Of a stretch of DNA of 64,000 nt, positions 24,158-35,423 are shown one piece after another. Location of the stretch: positions 7,083 through 71,082 of IMG/VR virus record IMGVR_UViG_3300031344_000007; one strand, given 5' to 3'. The position numbers were made by a program, and so were the translations under genes. Origin of the DNA: a virus. Every line of letters begins with the position of its first letter. Within the stretch, counting starts at the first letter, position 1. Under the pieces are notes generated by a model, which saw only the letters and a program-made list of their open reading frames with translations, was not told the origin of the DNA and searched no databases.

Positions 24158-26617
24158 TTAATAATTTTTTATTGTATTATCTAATAAATTACCATATGTA
24201 ATATCGATTACAAATATTTTATCAAAAATATTATCGATATCATTTGGGTCTGCCCATTGAAATTTAATTTCAGCAAATAATGTTTCATTTGGATGTTGTC
24301 CTGTAATTGTATTTGGAACAATAAAATCGTATGTGGTATCATTAATAAAAATTAATTGAGTCCAACCACTCGTTGCTATTTTCTTAAATTTAATTAATTC
24401 AATACTTGGGTTATTTCTACTTTTAACGATTACTTTAATATCAATCATTTGATACAAATCTTTATACGAACCATCATTATTTCTATAACGTATTGATTTT
24501 CTAATATCCGAACCAGAACTTTGTTGAGGTATGTATGGAACATCTTCATATTGTTGAATAATTCTACCACCTTTAGAAATTAAAATACCAAATCCAGTAT
24601 TATTTTTTGCTTCAACAATGGCATTATGTAATATTTCTTGTGGTTGTAATGCAATATCATATACTCTTAATTTTTGAATACTTCCAATATATGATGAATT
24701 GAAATATTTTTCAATTAATAAATTATTTTTATTTTTGTCTTGAGATATATTATCCGCAGCAATGCATTTAAAATCATTAATATATAATGTACCACCAGTA
24801 TTGAATAATCCATCTGTTTCAATTAATATTCCTATATATACAATATTTTTTCCTGAATTATCTTCTGTTTTAAATGTTGTTTTTATTGGTAACCAACTAT
24901 TTTCGCCAGTTAGTATAATGTTTGGACTTTCATTACCAAATCCAACAATAGATGCATTTTCTAAGGTAACAGGAATTCCGTTTACACCATAATACATTAT
25001 CTTATTCAACATATATTCATATTCACATTTATCTGCAAATGGGTGTAATCCAAGATTTTGAAGGCTCAATATATATTCATTAGTTAATGGATATATATAT
25101 TCGGTATTATTAATAATATTAATGTCGACATTATCACTATACATTATTATAGATATTTTACTAATATCACCACCATTAAAAAAAGAGTTATTAAATAATG
25201 ATAAATTAACAATATAATCTCTATTAGATAAAACCGAAATTGGTTGGTCATATTTTATAAAATATGTATTTCCCGTTCCACCAGTATATTGTATACGCAT
25301 CACAGTCAAAGGATATTTAACATTAGAATTACATTTATCAGCATATGTAAATGTTGTATTATCAGCACTTAATGATAATCCAGCTAAATATGTATCACCT
25401 GTTGGTGCTATGTAACAATCACTTGAAATTGGGTCTGCTTCGACAATAAAATTATTATTAATATATGTTGTACTTTGACCAGTATACATAAAATGCGTTT
25501 GATAATCATAATGCCATGAATTTTTTAAACCAAAACTACCACCACCCCAACTAATATTATATGGAACACCTAATTGTTTTTCTTTATCATTATCAAGTCC
25601 TTTAAAATAAAATTCATCAAAATCTTTAATCTTCCAAAATATTCTACCATTAATATAAAAAATAAGGTCTCCTTTTCTTCTTGGATAACATTTACTTAAT
25701 GAATCAAAATCATCAATTATTTCATATGGTTTAAATACAATACCAATAATTGTCCAACCAATTCTATTTATTATATTTGGTGATTCGTTTTGAATAATAT
25801 TACCATTAGAATCGACATATTTATATTTAATTTTCTTATTGTTAGTTATTTCAAATGAAATTATATTATTACTAATATTATTCAATTGTTGAATGCTATC
25901 AAAAATAATTGTATTGGCATATTCTGGTTGTCTAAAATTTGATAAATTTTTACTATCTTTACTATAAGCAACTAAATAATTATTTTCTGATGTTGTAACA
26001 CCACTAAATTGATATTCATAACCAGTTGATTTTCCGCCATATGATATGTTTGTTGTATTTGTAATTGTTGTTTCACCACTAAAAAATGGATTATATTTAT
26101 CCTCTGCCCTTGTTCCCATGTAATAAAATATTCCTTCTGATTGAGGAAGAATTTCGATAATTGTTTCGATTGTAATACCTTTATTATATCGAAATGGAAG
26201 TAAATTAAAATTATAATCTTCTAATTTAAAAAATCCTTGTAGATATCCTCCAGATAATGAAAAATATCTACCAACCGAACTTCCAGTTATTCCAGATATT
26301 GCATAACCTGTATAAAAAGTACCACCGCTATTATTATTAAAACCAATACGATAAAGAGCTAATTTATCATTATTTTGCGTTAATGTTAAACCACTATATA
26401 ATTTATCAATTCTTCCATTATCAAATGCTGTTAATCCAAAATCAATTAAGTTTAAATCATCAACAGTTGCATTTTTCCATTTAGTTAAACTAAATAATGT
26501 TAATCCAGTATTTAGATTCCATGAATTAAGATTAGTTAAGTCAATATGTATTGCTAAATTATCTGTTATTATGCTATTAAGACAGTTTAAATTCATATTA
26601 TATGAGAATTTAAACAT
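24158..26617 (-). CDS. Virion structural protein (possible split LamG-like fold)
   Basis: GIFYYMGTRAE, LIFYINGR, YIGSIQKLRVYDIAL. Confidence 0.55.
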   Translation of the reverse strand: MFKFSYNMNLNCLNSIITDNLAIHIDLTNLNSWNLNTGLTLFSLTKWKNATVDDLNLIDFGLTAFDNGRIDKLYSGLTLTQNNDKLALYRIGFNNNSGGTFYTGYAISGITGSSVGRYFSLSGGYLQGFFKLEDYNFNLLPFRYNKGITIETIIEILPQSEGIFYYMGTRAEDKYNPFFSGETTITNTTNISYGGKSTGYEYQFSGVTTSENNYLVAYSKDSKNLSNFRQPEYANTIIFDSIQQLNNISNNIISFEITNNKKIKYKYVDSNGNIIQNESPNIINRIGWTIIGIVFKPYEIIDDFDSLSKCYPRRKGDLIFYINGRIFWKIKDFDEFYFKGLDNDKEKQLGVPYNISWGGGSFGLKNSWHYDYQTHFMYTGQSTTYINNNFIVEADPISSDCYIAPTGDTYLAGLSLSADNTTFTYADKCNSNVKYPLTVMRIQYTGGTGNTYFIKYDQPISVLSNRDYIVNLSLFNNSFFNGGDISKISIIMYSDNVDINIINNTEYIYPLTNEYILSLQNLGLHPFADKCEYEYMLNKIMYYGVNGIPVTLENASIVGFGNESPNIILTGENSWLPIKTTFKTEDNSGKNIVYIGILIETDGLFNTGGTLYINDFKCIAADNISQDKNKNNLLIEKYFNSSYIGSIQKLRVYDIALQPQEILHNAIVEAKNNTGFGILISKGGRIIQQYEDVPYIPQQSSGSDIRKSIRYRNNDGSYKDLYQMIDIKVIVKSRNNPSIELIKFKKIATSGWTQLIFINDTTYDFIVPNTITGQHPNETLFAEIKFQWADPNDIDNIFDKIFVIDITYGNLLDNTIKNY

Positions 26618-26742
26618 AAATAGTTTTGAATTTTATTTAAAATAAATAAAATCGTTTTTTTATATTGTTTAGTTATTTATTAATTTTAATAAATAATTCT
26701 GTATTTATATGAAAATAAATTAAATCATAAAAAATCAAGAAT

Positions 26743-27258
26743 ATGAAAAAAAATAGTAAAGAAAGACTTTTTGAAGTCATGAGTAGGCTCGATAAAACAT
26801 TCAAGCCAAAATTAAATGAAGATGTTGAGATAGGTGCTGAAGTAAGTCCCGAAGAACCTGTAGCTGCATTACCATCTAGTGAAGAAACACAGGAAGAAAA
26901 AACTCCTGAAGAAAAACTTGAAGAATTAACGGCAAAAGTTGATGAACTTTATGCTATACTTCACGGTGAAGAAGAAACATCTACTGAAGAGATTCCTGCT
27001 GAAGAAACTGGTGAAAACCTTCAAGAATGGAATTTCGATAAGAAAAAGGGTGAAAAGAAAGAAGAAAAACCAAAAGACAAAACCCAATTTAATTTTGACA
27101 AGAAAGAAGATAAAGAATCTAAGGAACATGAAGATGCTGAAACTCCTGCTGAAGAAAAAAAGGAACATAAAGAAAAGAAAGAGTTGAAAGAAGTAGAAAA
27201 CAATGATGGAAAAAAAGTTCCTGTTGCTACTTGGGATAAAGCGAAAACTGGTAAATAA
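26743..27258 (+). CDS. Acidic/charged late protein (possible head-internal protein)
   Basis: GTATTTATA at 26701; N-terminal KERLFEVMSRLDKTFKPKLNE. Confidence 0.6.
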   Translation: MKKNSKERLFEVMSRLDKTFKPKLNEDVEIGAEVSPEEPVAALPSSEETQEEKTPEEKLEELTAKVDELYAILHGEEETSTEEIPAEETGENLQEWNFDKKKGEKKEEKPKDKTQFNFDKKEDKESKEHEDAETPAEEKKEHKEKKELKEVENNDGKKVPVATWDKAKTGK

Positions 27259-27284
27259 TTAGATTTTAATATATAATAATTGAA

Positions 27285-27842
27285 ATGAAAAAAGTACTTG
27301 ATACTAAATCATTGCTTTTGGAAAATATGGCAAAATTAAATCCAGATTTCCAGTTAAGAGAAGAAGATAAAAAATGGATTCAAAAGGCTGTTAATCCAGA
27401 ACATAAGGGTTATTGCTCACCGATGACAAAGCCAACGTGCACATCGAAACGTAAAGCATTGGCAAAACGTTTTAAAAAAGGTATTGAAGAATCAAAAATG
27501 ATTCTTAAAGAAGGTATCACTGATATGAACGCTCCGGAATATATTAATCAATATAAATCGAGGGTTATAAAAATAAAAGAATTTGTTGATTCATTATTAA
27601 ATCAGGGTGAATATGATATTATTGATACATTATTTAAATTATTGATTGATAGGAAAAAACAAGTTCCAGCATCAGTTAATGAAAATAATTCATTTAAATA
27701 TCAAGAAAAGGTTGAACATCTTAAAGGTAAAATCGATTATCTTTTTGATACAAATCATTATGATATTCTTGATAAAATTGATGGTATAATTTCAAAATTA
27801 TTTCCAATTAGTGATGAAGAACTTGCAGCAGAATTAGCTTAA
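27285..27842 (+). CDS. Hypothetical late protein
   Basis: 185 aa; KWIQKAV..HKGYC, RKALAKRFK. Confidence 0.6.
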   Translation: MKKVLDTKSLLLENMAKLNPDFQLREEDKKWIQKAVNPEHKGYCSPMTKPTCTSKRKALAKRFKKGIEESKMILKEGITDMNAPEYINQYKSRVIKIKEFVDSLLNQGEYDIIDTLFKLLIDRKKQVPASVNENNSFKYQEKVEHLKGKIDYLFDTNHYDILDKIDGIISKLFPISDEELAAELA

Positions 27843-27859
27843 AGTATTGATTAAATTTT

Positions 27860-28672
27860 ATGATTGAAGAAAAAAAAACACCACGTTCTTGGTCTGGCAG
27901 GTATTGGAAAAATCACAATATTTCAGATACTTTGAAAGAAGTCGTTGAGCCAGATAATGTTAATGTATCGTCAATTCAAATGCATGATACATTATCACCA
28001 TTTATTTGGGAATCTGATAAAAAAATGAAACCGGAAGTTAGAAAAATTTTATTAATGAATGCTAAGAGATTCATTGAATTTTGCGATGCTGAAAATCTTA
28101 AATTTAATGATATTATATTAACAGGAAGTCTTGCAAATTATAATTATAATGAAAATTCTGATTTAGATGTTCATATTATTCTTGATTTCAATCAAATATC
28201 GGAAAATAAAGAATTTGTGGGTGACTTTTTTAAAATGAAAAAACAATTATGGGCAGAAAATTTACCAATTCAAGTAAAGGGGCATGATGTTGAAATATAT
28301 TTTCAAGATAGTGCAGAACCACATCATTCTTCTGGTACATATTCTCTTATTAAAGATGATTGGCTTAGAAAACCAATAAAAAAAATTGTCAATATTGATA
28401 GTGCTGATGTACAATTAAAAACAGCAGATATTATGAATTCTATTGATGATTTGGAAGCACATGAAAATCAAAAAGATTTTTTAAAAAAGCATGAAATTTT
28501 AAAAGAAAAAATAAAAAAATATAGACAATCTGGACTTGAAACTGGTGGAGAATATTCAATTGAAAATCTTGTATTTAAATTATTAAGAAATACTGGTTAT
28601 CTTGAAAAAATGGTTGAATTAAAAAATGACTATTTAACACAAGAATTAAGTCTCAAGGAATTTACGAATTAA
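27860..28672 (+). CDS. Pol-beta-superfamily nucleotidyltransferase
   Basis: ILTGSLANYNYNENSDLDVH (GS..DxD), VEIY. Confidence 0.8.
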   Translation: MIEEKKTPRSWSGRYWKNHNISDTLKEVVEPDNVNVSSIQMHDTLSPFIWESDKKMKPEVRKILLMNAKRFIEFCDAENLKFNDIILTGSLANYNYNENSDLDVHIILDFNQISENKEFVGDFFKMKKQLWAENLPIQVKGHDVEIYFQDSAEPHHSSGTYSLIKDDWLRKPIKKIVNIDSADVQLKTADIMNSIDDLEAHENQKDFLKKHEILKEKIKKYRQSGLETGGEYSIENLVFKLLRNTGYLEKMVELKNDYLTQELSLKEFTN

Positions 28673-28675
28673 GTC

Positions 28676-28924
28676 ATGAAAAGATTTATTGTAACAAAAG
28701 AGCAATTAAAAGAATACGTTGAAAGAAAAAAATCTGAAAAAGTATTCTATGATATATTAGAATGTTTACACAAAAATTCAAAATATTTAAATGAAAGTAT
28801 TTCACATAAAAAAGCAAACCAAACAATTATTAATGATTATCAACGAAAAGGTTTAATTACACCATTGATATATGAAATGCTTATGAAGCATAAAATAATT
28901 GGTGAAAAACTGGAAATATTATAA
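28676..28924 (+). CDS. Hypothetical protein
   Basis: 82-aa ORF in operon context. Confidence 0.55.
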   Translation: MKRFIVTKEQLKEYVERKKSEKVFYDILECLHKNSKYLNESISHKKANQTIINDYQRKGLITPLIYEMLMKHKIIGEKLEIL

Positions 28925-29002
28925 GTTTCCAATTTTTTTGCTTTAAATTAAGTATTTATAAAAAAATATAAAGTAAATAATAAGACATTAAATAATATTC
29001 AA

Positions 29003-31444
29003 ATGAAAAAACACACATCAGAAGAAGCATATTACGAAAGATTAAGAAATTTAGCAGTTGTTAATAAAACAATTGTAAAAGAATCTCAGAGTCGTAATTT
29101 AGGTACTTTAATTGATTATAAAAGAGCTGCAGATGGCATTGCTTATGGCATTATTAAAGAAAATCATAGTTATTATATTAAGAAATCTGGTCTTAAAGAA
29201 GACCCCAATGTTGCCGATTTTGCATATATTGGTGGATTAGCAAATGTTACTGATTATCAATATAAGAAACTTTCAGAAGCCGAAAAACAAAGAAATATGT
29301 TGTTTCGTACAATTAATGAAGCGGTTTCATTAAAACCAAATAAAACTGGTAGTAAAAAAAGATTAAATGAAGATAAAGCTGGTGAAGAAATTAAGGCAAG
29401 TCAAGAAATGGCTGCTGGATTAGATGCTGCAAAAAATACAACTTCTACTTCAGAACCAACTCTCGATTTAGGTGGTGAACCCGAAAATGGTTTAGAAACC
29501 TCTGCCCCTACCGAAGAACCTATTCCTAATACAGGTGCTGAAGAACAAACACCACCTACTGATATTGCAACTGATGGAGCACCTACTGATGATGAAACTG
29601 GTGAAGCACCTGTTGGTGGCAATGAAACTGGTGAAGCACCTACTGATGATGAAACTGGTGAAGCACCTGTTGGTGGCGATGAAACAGGTGAAGAAAATCC
29701 CACTCCAGAAGATGGTACAGAAAGTAATCCAGAAGACCAAAAAAATATTACCACAAAAGAAATTGAAAAATCTCTTGGTAAATTGACGGAAAAAATAAGA
29801 AAAACAGAAATGACAGATTCTCAAGTTAAGTCATATGTTAATTCATTTCTTGCATCATTTAAAGATAAATTTCCTGATGTTGAAATCGAAGATAGAAAAA
29901 CAATGGCAGAAAAAATAACTAAAGTTGTTCCTGATGAAGATATTGAAGACTTAGGACAAAATGTTGAAAAAACTGAACCTGCTGAAGTAGAAGAAGGACA
30001 ATGTGCAGAATGCGGTAGTTTTGCTAAATTTGCAGAATCAAGAGGATATAATGCACAATCAATTCAAGAATGTGGAGAAGAAGAAATGACAAATTTGGTT
30101 AGTGGTTATGCAAATGCGCATAATGATGGACAAAATGATGGTGATTTTAAAGCAGTCGCATTATTTATTTCTCCTAAAATCCTTGGTAAATTGAAATCAG
30201 ATTATGGTCATGATGAATATAGTGAAAAATTAACTCCTTATACTAATGAATTAGGTGAGAGTGATGAAGCATCTAAAACTCAACAAATTGAAGAACTTTT
30301 TGGTGGTATTGGTGGTGCATTTAAAAAAGTTGGCGGTGATATTAAAAATAGCGCACAAGCAGTCGGTAATGCTGTTGGTAATATAGTTCAAAAAGGTGCA
30401 CAAGCTGTTGGTCAATATGCACAAGGTGTTAAACAAGCATATCATGCTGGTGAAGTACCCGGTGAAGTAAAAAAACTTGAAGGTATTGCTGCTAATTTGG
30501 GTAAACAAGTTCAATCATTAAATACAAGATTAACTAAATCTGGTCAACAACCTATTGATATTAAAAATATAATAAAAGCAATATCACAACAAATTACAGG
30601 TAAGGGTGCTGGTGTTGCTGGTTTAAATCCAGTTGCTGAAAGTCTTGATGACCCAGCAAAAATTGAAACACAACCTATTGAAGAAATAAAAGTACCTGAA
30701 CCAAAATCGGGTCAAAAACTTAGTGCAACTGCACCTATAAAACAAATAAAAGAAGAAGAAGAACCGGAAGTTGAGGATGATACTACTGAAGAAAAACCAG
30801 AAATTGAAGTTGATGATACTACTGAAGAAAAACCAGAAATTAATATAGCCCCTGCTGGAGAAACTCTAGGTGGTGGCGTTGTTAAACCTGAAGGTGCTGG
30901 TATTGAAATTAGAATAGAACCTGATAAAAGTATTGATATTTCAATGAATGAATCAGAAAGAAAACTTAGAAAATATATTCGTAATAGACTTGAAGAACAT
31001 GCTGGTACTAGAAAACCTATTTTAAGTGAAAGTAAAAAATCTTTAACATTAAAAAAACTTGATTCAATAATTGATAAACAATTCAAATTATCTGAATCTG
31101 TTGTATTAAAAAAAAAAGATAATGTAAACGAAATTTTTGGGTTTGGGATTAAAGAAAAATTTGCAAAACTTGACCCAAATGATACTGCGGGTGTCGAAGC
31201 ATTATTTGCTGCAGCATTTAGAAATATATTGATTAATCCTAGTATGGGTGCAATTGGTAGAGCATCAAAAACAACCCCAATTAATAAGAAATATGATATA
31301 TTAAAACAATATGTTGATAATGGCGGTGGTACATTAAGACTTGCTGATAGTAAAACTGTAAAATATGCACCGCAATCAGTAAAAAATGCTGCAACAAAAA
31401 ATGATTATTCTGCTTCTGGCGGAAATGTAGCAGGAACAGTATAA
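29003..31444 (+). CDS. Large acidic late protein with low-complexity repeats
   Basis: GTATTTATA at 28952; ETGEAP and DDTTEEKPEI repeats; terminator at 31468-31495. Confidence 0.65.
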   Translation: MKKHTSEEAYYERLRNLAVVNKTIVKESQSRNLGTLIDYKRAADGIAYGIIKENHSYYIKKSGLKEDPNVADFAYIGGLANVTDYQYKKLSEAEKQRNMLFRTINEAVSLKPNKTGSKKRLNEDKAGEEIKASQEMAAGLDAAKNTTSTSEPTLDLGGEPENGLETSAPTEEPIPNTGAEEQTPPTDIATDGAPTDDETGEAPVGGNETGEAPTDDETGEAPVGGDETGEENPTPEDGTESNPEDQKNITTKEIEKSLGKLTEKIRKTEMTDSQVKSYVNSFLASFKDKFPDVEIEDRKTMAEKITKVVPDEDIEDLGQNVEKTEPAEVEEGQCAECGSFAKFAESRGYNAQSIQECGEEEMTNLVSGYANAHNDGQNDGDFKAVALFISPKILGKLKSDYGHDEYSEKLTPYTNELGESDEASKTQQIEELFGGIGGAFKKVGGDIKNSAQAVGNAVGNIVQKGAQAVGQYAQGVKQAYHAGEVPGEVKKLEGIAANLGKQVQSLNTRLTKSGQQPIDIKNIIKAISQQITGKGAGVAGLNPVAESLDDPAKIETQPIEEIKVPEPKSGQKLSATAPIKQIKEEEEPEVEDDTTEEKPEIEVDDTTEEKPEINIAPAGETLGGGVVKPEGAGIEIRIEPDKSIDISMNESERKLRKYIRNRLEEHAGTRKPILSESKKSLTLKKLDSIIDKQFKLSESVVLKKKDNVNEIFGFGIKEKFAKLDPNDTAGVEALFAAAFRNILINPSMGAIGRASKTTPINKKYDILKQYVDNGGGTLRLADSKTVKYAPQSVKNAATKNDYSASGGNVAGTV

Positions 31445-31467
31445 AACATATAAATTAATTAATTATT

Positions 31468-31495
31468 AAAAACCCGAATATTTTCGGGTTTTTTT
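31468..31495 (+). terminator. Rho-independent terminator
   Basis: AAAAACCCGAA-TATT-TTCGGGTTTTTTT. Confidence 0.8.
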
Positions 31496-31547
31496 GTAAC
31501 ATTTTTATATCTTTATCGTATATATTGTTTAACTAAATTATATTATT

Positions 31548-31970
31548 ATGATAGACAGAACATTTTTAAAATATAAATTTTTTAGAACACATATCGGTGG
31601 TGGTTCAAAGAAACATGAAATTGAAATATTTGAAAAAGTTCAAGGTAGTAATGATGATAATTCTGATTGTGATTGGTTTGAATATCGAAAAATATTTATT
31701 CAATATTTTGATGATTTGCTTAACGTTATTTTTAGCTGGAAAGTATTGTTGAAAAATTTGAGTTATATATTTGCCATTCTTTCAATATTTTTACTGTTTA
31801 AAAGTTTATTAATATTTATAATCATTTTTTCAATATCATTTATATTTCAAATTCTATATTTATTTTTAAAAAATAAAATAAGAAAAAGATTGAGGGAATA
31901 TAATATGTGTTTAACAATAATATTATATACAATAAAAGAACAAACAGGTTTCGAATTCGATAAAAATTAA
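31548..31970 (+). CDS. Membrane protein
   Basis: Two hydrophobic segments. Confidence 0.55.
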   Translation: MIDRTFLKYKFFRTHIGGGSKKHEIEIFEKVQGSNDDNSDCDWFEYRKIFIQYFDDLLNVIFSWKVLLKNLSYIFAILSIFLLFKSLLIFIIIFSISFIFQILYLFLKNKIRKRLREYNMCLTIILYTIKEQTGFEFDKN

Positions 31971-32021
31971 AACCACGCCAGTGGCTTTTTTTATTGAAAG
32001 TATTTATAATAAAATTACATT

Positions 32022-32507
32022 ATGGACTACGAAGATAATAAATTAAAATTAATTTTTATTTTAAAAATTGGTTATAATGCAAAAGGAGATGGTTTATATG
32101 AATTTATATTTTCGTTAGACCCTACAAATATTGATGTAGAAGGTTGGTTATGGGATATAAGTCCAGCTTGCGATAATGCAATGCCTCCGACTGAAAATTA
32201 TTTTAATGCAATTTTTAATCTAAAAACTAGTTCATTCGATTTATTTTGTTTACATGAAGCGGTGGATAGAGAATATATGCATGGTTATCATACAATACAT
32301 GCTTTAGCATATGAAACTGAAAAACAATCAGATGAAAATGGTAATTCTGGTGATTATGAAAAAATGTTTGAAAAAAATGAGGAGGAATTTCCATTATTAG
32401 TGTTTCATTATGGTATGACATTAACTAAAATCAAAGATTTACTTAGTGCTAGAAAAATTATTTTAAAAAATAATGAATTTGTTGAGACATCTTCAATAAA
32501 ATTATAG
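32022..32507 (+). CDS. Hypothetical late protein
   Basis: GTATTTATA at 32000; YEFIFS, LVFHYG. Confidence 0.6.
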   Translation: MDYEDNKLKLIFILKIGYNAKGDGLYEFIFSLDPTNIDVEGWLWDISPACDNAMPPTENYFNAIFNLKTSSFDLFCLHEAVDREYMHGYHTIHALAYETEKQSDENGNSGDYEKMFEKNEEEFPLLVFHYGMTLTKIKDLLSARKIILKNNEFVETSSIKL

Positions 32508-32524
32508 TATTTAATGAATAATAA

Positions 32525-32710
32525 ATGTGTAGCTTAATAGAAGAAATACAATATCAATCTATGATGCTAATTCGATGGATACGAGAACAAAAATTGTATT
32601 TATTTGGTGTTAGTAGAGCATTTTATTGCCAACGAGAAATTGAAGGACAAAGTAAATGCACTCATCAATGCGACCACTGTAAAGAATATTACAAACCTTT
32701 GGAACAATAA
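32525..32710 (+). CDS. Small Cys-rich protein
   Basis: FYCQRE...KCTHQCDHCKEYY. Confidence 0.5.
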   Translation: MCSLIEEIQYQSMMLIRWIREQKLYLFGVSRAFYCQREIEGQSKCTHQCDHCKEYYKPLEQ

Positions 32711-32715
32711 AAAAA

Positions 32716-33300
32716 TTAAGTTAAAGAATGAATAATATATAAAATTGTATCTTTACTAACGCCATATTCTTTTGCTAACATATTAGCAGTATATTGTTTA
32801 GGAATATATTTTTGTTTTATCTCGTTTCTTTGTATTGGTGTTGTTTTATACTTTCCATAAAATTTATTTTTTAATTTATCACTAATTTTCTTTTTTGATT
32901 CGACAGTATGCCTATATCCAATACGATTTTTATTACCTAAATTTATAACTCTCATTTTTTGACAAAATTCTTTAGGCATTTTTTTATTCTTATTCCAAGG
33001 TATTCTACCTAAACAATTTTTAGCATTTTTACAAATATTAAAATATGTATTGGTCATATCTAAGAAATATTGTTCTCTAACCAACAATTTTTCTTTTGAA
33101 CATTCTTCAATTAATGTAAAAATTAAATCATTTATACCATATTTATTAAAATGTCGTTGTAGTTTTATTGAATGATGTTTATTTTGTTTTAAATCATATC
33201 TGTGTTTATTCCATCGTTGGAAAACATTAATCGTACTTCCAATATATATTCGTTCTGGACGTATTATTGATTGGATTTTATATATACCAATTATTTTCAT
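32716..33300 (-). CDS. GIY-YIG homing endonuclease with NUMOD3/HTH
   Basis: GIYKIQ...IYIGS...RWNKH, HTVESKKKIS, C-terminal HTH. Confidence 0.9.
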   Translation of the reverse strand: MKIIGIYKIQSIIRPERIYIGSTINVFQRWNKHRYDLKQNKHHSIKLQRHFNKYGINDLIFTLIEECSKEKLLVREQYFLDMTNTYFNICKNAKNCLGRIPWNKNKKMPKEFCQKMRVINLGNKNRIGYRHTVESKKKISDKLKNKFYGKYKTTPIQRNEIKQKYIPKQYTANMLAKEYGVSKDTILYIIHSLT

Positions 33301-33365
33301 ATGTCTATATAAATACTGTGTTTTGCGGTTTTATAATATCGAGTATTTATTATAAATATTTATAA

Positions 33366-35423
33366 ATGTCTGAAGATATTGACAAATTAAAAGATAAAGA
33401 AGAAGAACAATTCCCTGACCATATTCCAGTAGTTCCATTTGATGTTCAAAAGGAAAGAGAAAAAGAAGAACAAAGAAAATTAGCAAAAGAACTTCGAAAA
33501 AAATCTAAGAATACTGAACCTATTATTATTACAAAATCTGGTGTAATAAAAAAAGCAAGCGAATTAAATTATACTGAACAAGAAGATGAGATTATTCGTT
33601 GCGCATCAAACCCAATCTATTTTATTGAAACATATTTAACAATTTTTGACCAAACTCAAGGTAAAGCTGGTCTTATTGTTCCTTTCAAATTATTTGAATT
33701 TCAAAAAGAATTAATTCAATCATATTTGGAAAATCGTTTTGTTGTTGCAAACAAATATAGACAAGCAGGAGTTACAACCACCACGTCAGCATATATAGCA
33801 TGGTATGTTATGTTTAATCGTAATAGACAAGTTGCAATTGTTGCTGATAAACTTGAAACTGCTCGTGATGAAATAATGAGTGATGTTGTTGATTTTATTG
33901 AAAATTGTCCTGTATGGCTTAGACCAAAAACTGGAAGAAATACAGAAAAGAACTTAAAAGATACGCAAAAATTAAAGTACTACGATAATGATTCAAAATT
34001 AGGTGCTTTTGCATCAAAGAGTTTACGTGGTATGACACCAACGCTCTTGTTTTGGGATGAAACTGCATGGGCGGAAAAGGGTGATAAATTCTGGACTTCA
34101 GCACAACCAACATTACAAACTGGTGGTGCTGCTATTATGGTTAGCACTCCATCTGGGATGGATTCTGTATTTTATAAACATTTTAGTGAAGCAAGAAAAG
34201 GAAAAAATAATTTTAAAGCAATTGAATTATGGTGGTTTAATGACCCTCGTTATAATAAAGAATTGGTTTGGCTTAAAAATAAAGGTAAAACCACTGAAAT
34301 TAAATTAATTGATGAAAATTGGACTAATGAAAAAAGAATTCAATTAATGGATGATGGCTGGGAAGCATCTTCACCTTGGTTTGAAGAACAGATTCGTAAC
34401 GCAAATGGCGATATGAAACGTATTGCGCAAGAACTTATGTGCAATTTTTTGGGGTCTGGTGATAATTTTATTGCAGAAGAATATTTAAAAAGAATTGAAG
34501 AAAATGAAAAACAGCCTCCTATTCGTCAAGAATATATAGATGGTAATATGTGGATTTGGAAAGACCCTGAACCCGGAGAAGATTATATTATGGCATTAGA
34601 TGCCTCTCCGGGTCATGGGGAAGATAATTCAACACTCAATATGCTTAAAACTATAGAAATTATTGAAGAAAAAATAATAAAAAAAGGTGATAAAATAAAA
34701 AAAGTTAAAACAAAAAGACATAAAGTTGAACAAGTTGCTGAGTATTATGGCAAAGTAACACCACAAATGTTATCAGAAATAGCATATCAATATGGTAAAA
34801 GATATAATAATGCATATTGTATTGTTGATATTACTGGCGGTTATGGTGTGCAGAGTGTTGAAAAATTATTAGAATTTGGGTATGGCAATGAACATATTCA
34901 TTATGCGGAAGTAACACATAAACCAAGTAGAGATAGATTACAAGGATATATAAAAAAAGGTCAAAAAATAATGTCTGATGGTAGTATAATAAATGTTGAT
35001 TTAATTCCCGGATTTTTTATTGGTAATAATCGTGCATCAGTTATTCAGGAAATGCAAAGAGCAATACATTTGGAAGATGTTATCATTAGGTCGATTAGAT
35101 TATTAGAAGAATTAAAAACATTTGTAACTATTGCAGGAAATAGAGTTGCCGACCATAAACGTACATTTCATGATGACTCAATTATGGGATTAAGTATTGG
35201 TTTATATGTGCTCAATTTTGATATGGCTAGATATAAACAAAGTAAAGGAATGACTGAACATATGCTTAATGCTATAATTACTAATAATGATATTAATGAA
35301 ATGAAGGGAAAAATGGATATTAAGAATAGACCAATGATTTCACCTAATAGCGTATCACCATTAAATCCCTATGGGGCAAATGCATGGTTATTTAATGGTA
35401 TTAAAGATAAAAAGAAAACATAG
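33366..35423 (+). CDS. terL: Terminase large subunit (T4 gp17-like)
   Basis: Walker A KYRQAGVTT, Walker B LLFWDE, STPSG, nuclease MALDAS..EDNS and HDDSIM. Confidence 0.92.
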   Translation: MSEDIDKLKDKEEEQFPDHIPVVPFDVQKEREKEEQRKLAKELRKKSKNTEPIIITKSGVIKKASELNYTEQEDEIIRCASNPIYFIETYLTIFDQTQGKAGLIVPFKLFEFQKELIQSYLENRFVVANKYRQAGVTTTTSAYIAWYVMFNRNRQVAIVADKLETARDEIMSDVVDFIENCPVWLRPKTGRNTEKNLKDTQKLKYYDNDSKLGAFASKSLRGMTPTLLFWDETAWAEKGDKFWTSAQPTLQTGGAAIMVSTPSGMDSVFYKHFSEARKGKNNFKAIELWWFNDPRYNKELVWLKNKGKTTEIKLIDENWTNEKRIQLMDDGWEASSPWFEEQIRNANGDMKRIAQELMCNFLGSGDNFIAEEYLKRIEENEKQPPIRQEYIDGNMWIWKDPEPGEDYIMALDASPGHGEDNSTLNMLKTIEIIEEKIIKKGDKIKKVKTKRHKVEQVAEYYGKVTPQMLSEIAYQYGKRYNNAYCIVDITGGYGVQSVEKLLEFGYGNEHIHYAEVTHKPSRDRLQGYIKKGQKIMSDGSIINVDLIPGFFIGNNRASVIQEMQRAIHLEDVIIRSIRLLEELKTFVTIAGNRVADHKRTFHDDSIMGLSIGLYVLNFDMARYKQSKGMTEHMLNAIITNNDINEMKGKMDIKNRPMISPNSVSPLNPYGANAWLFNGIKDKKKT

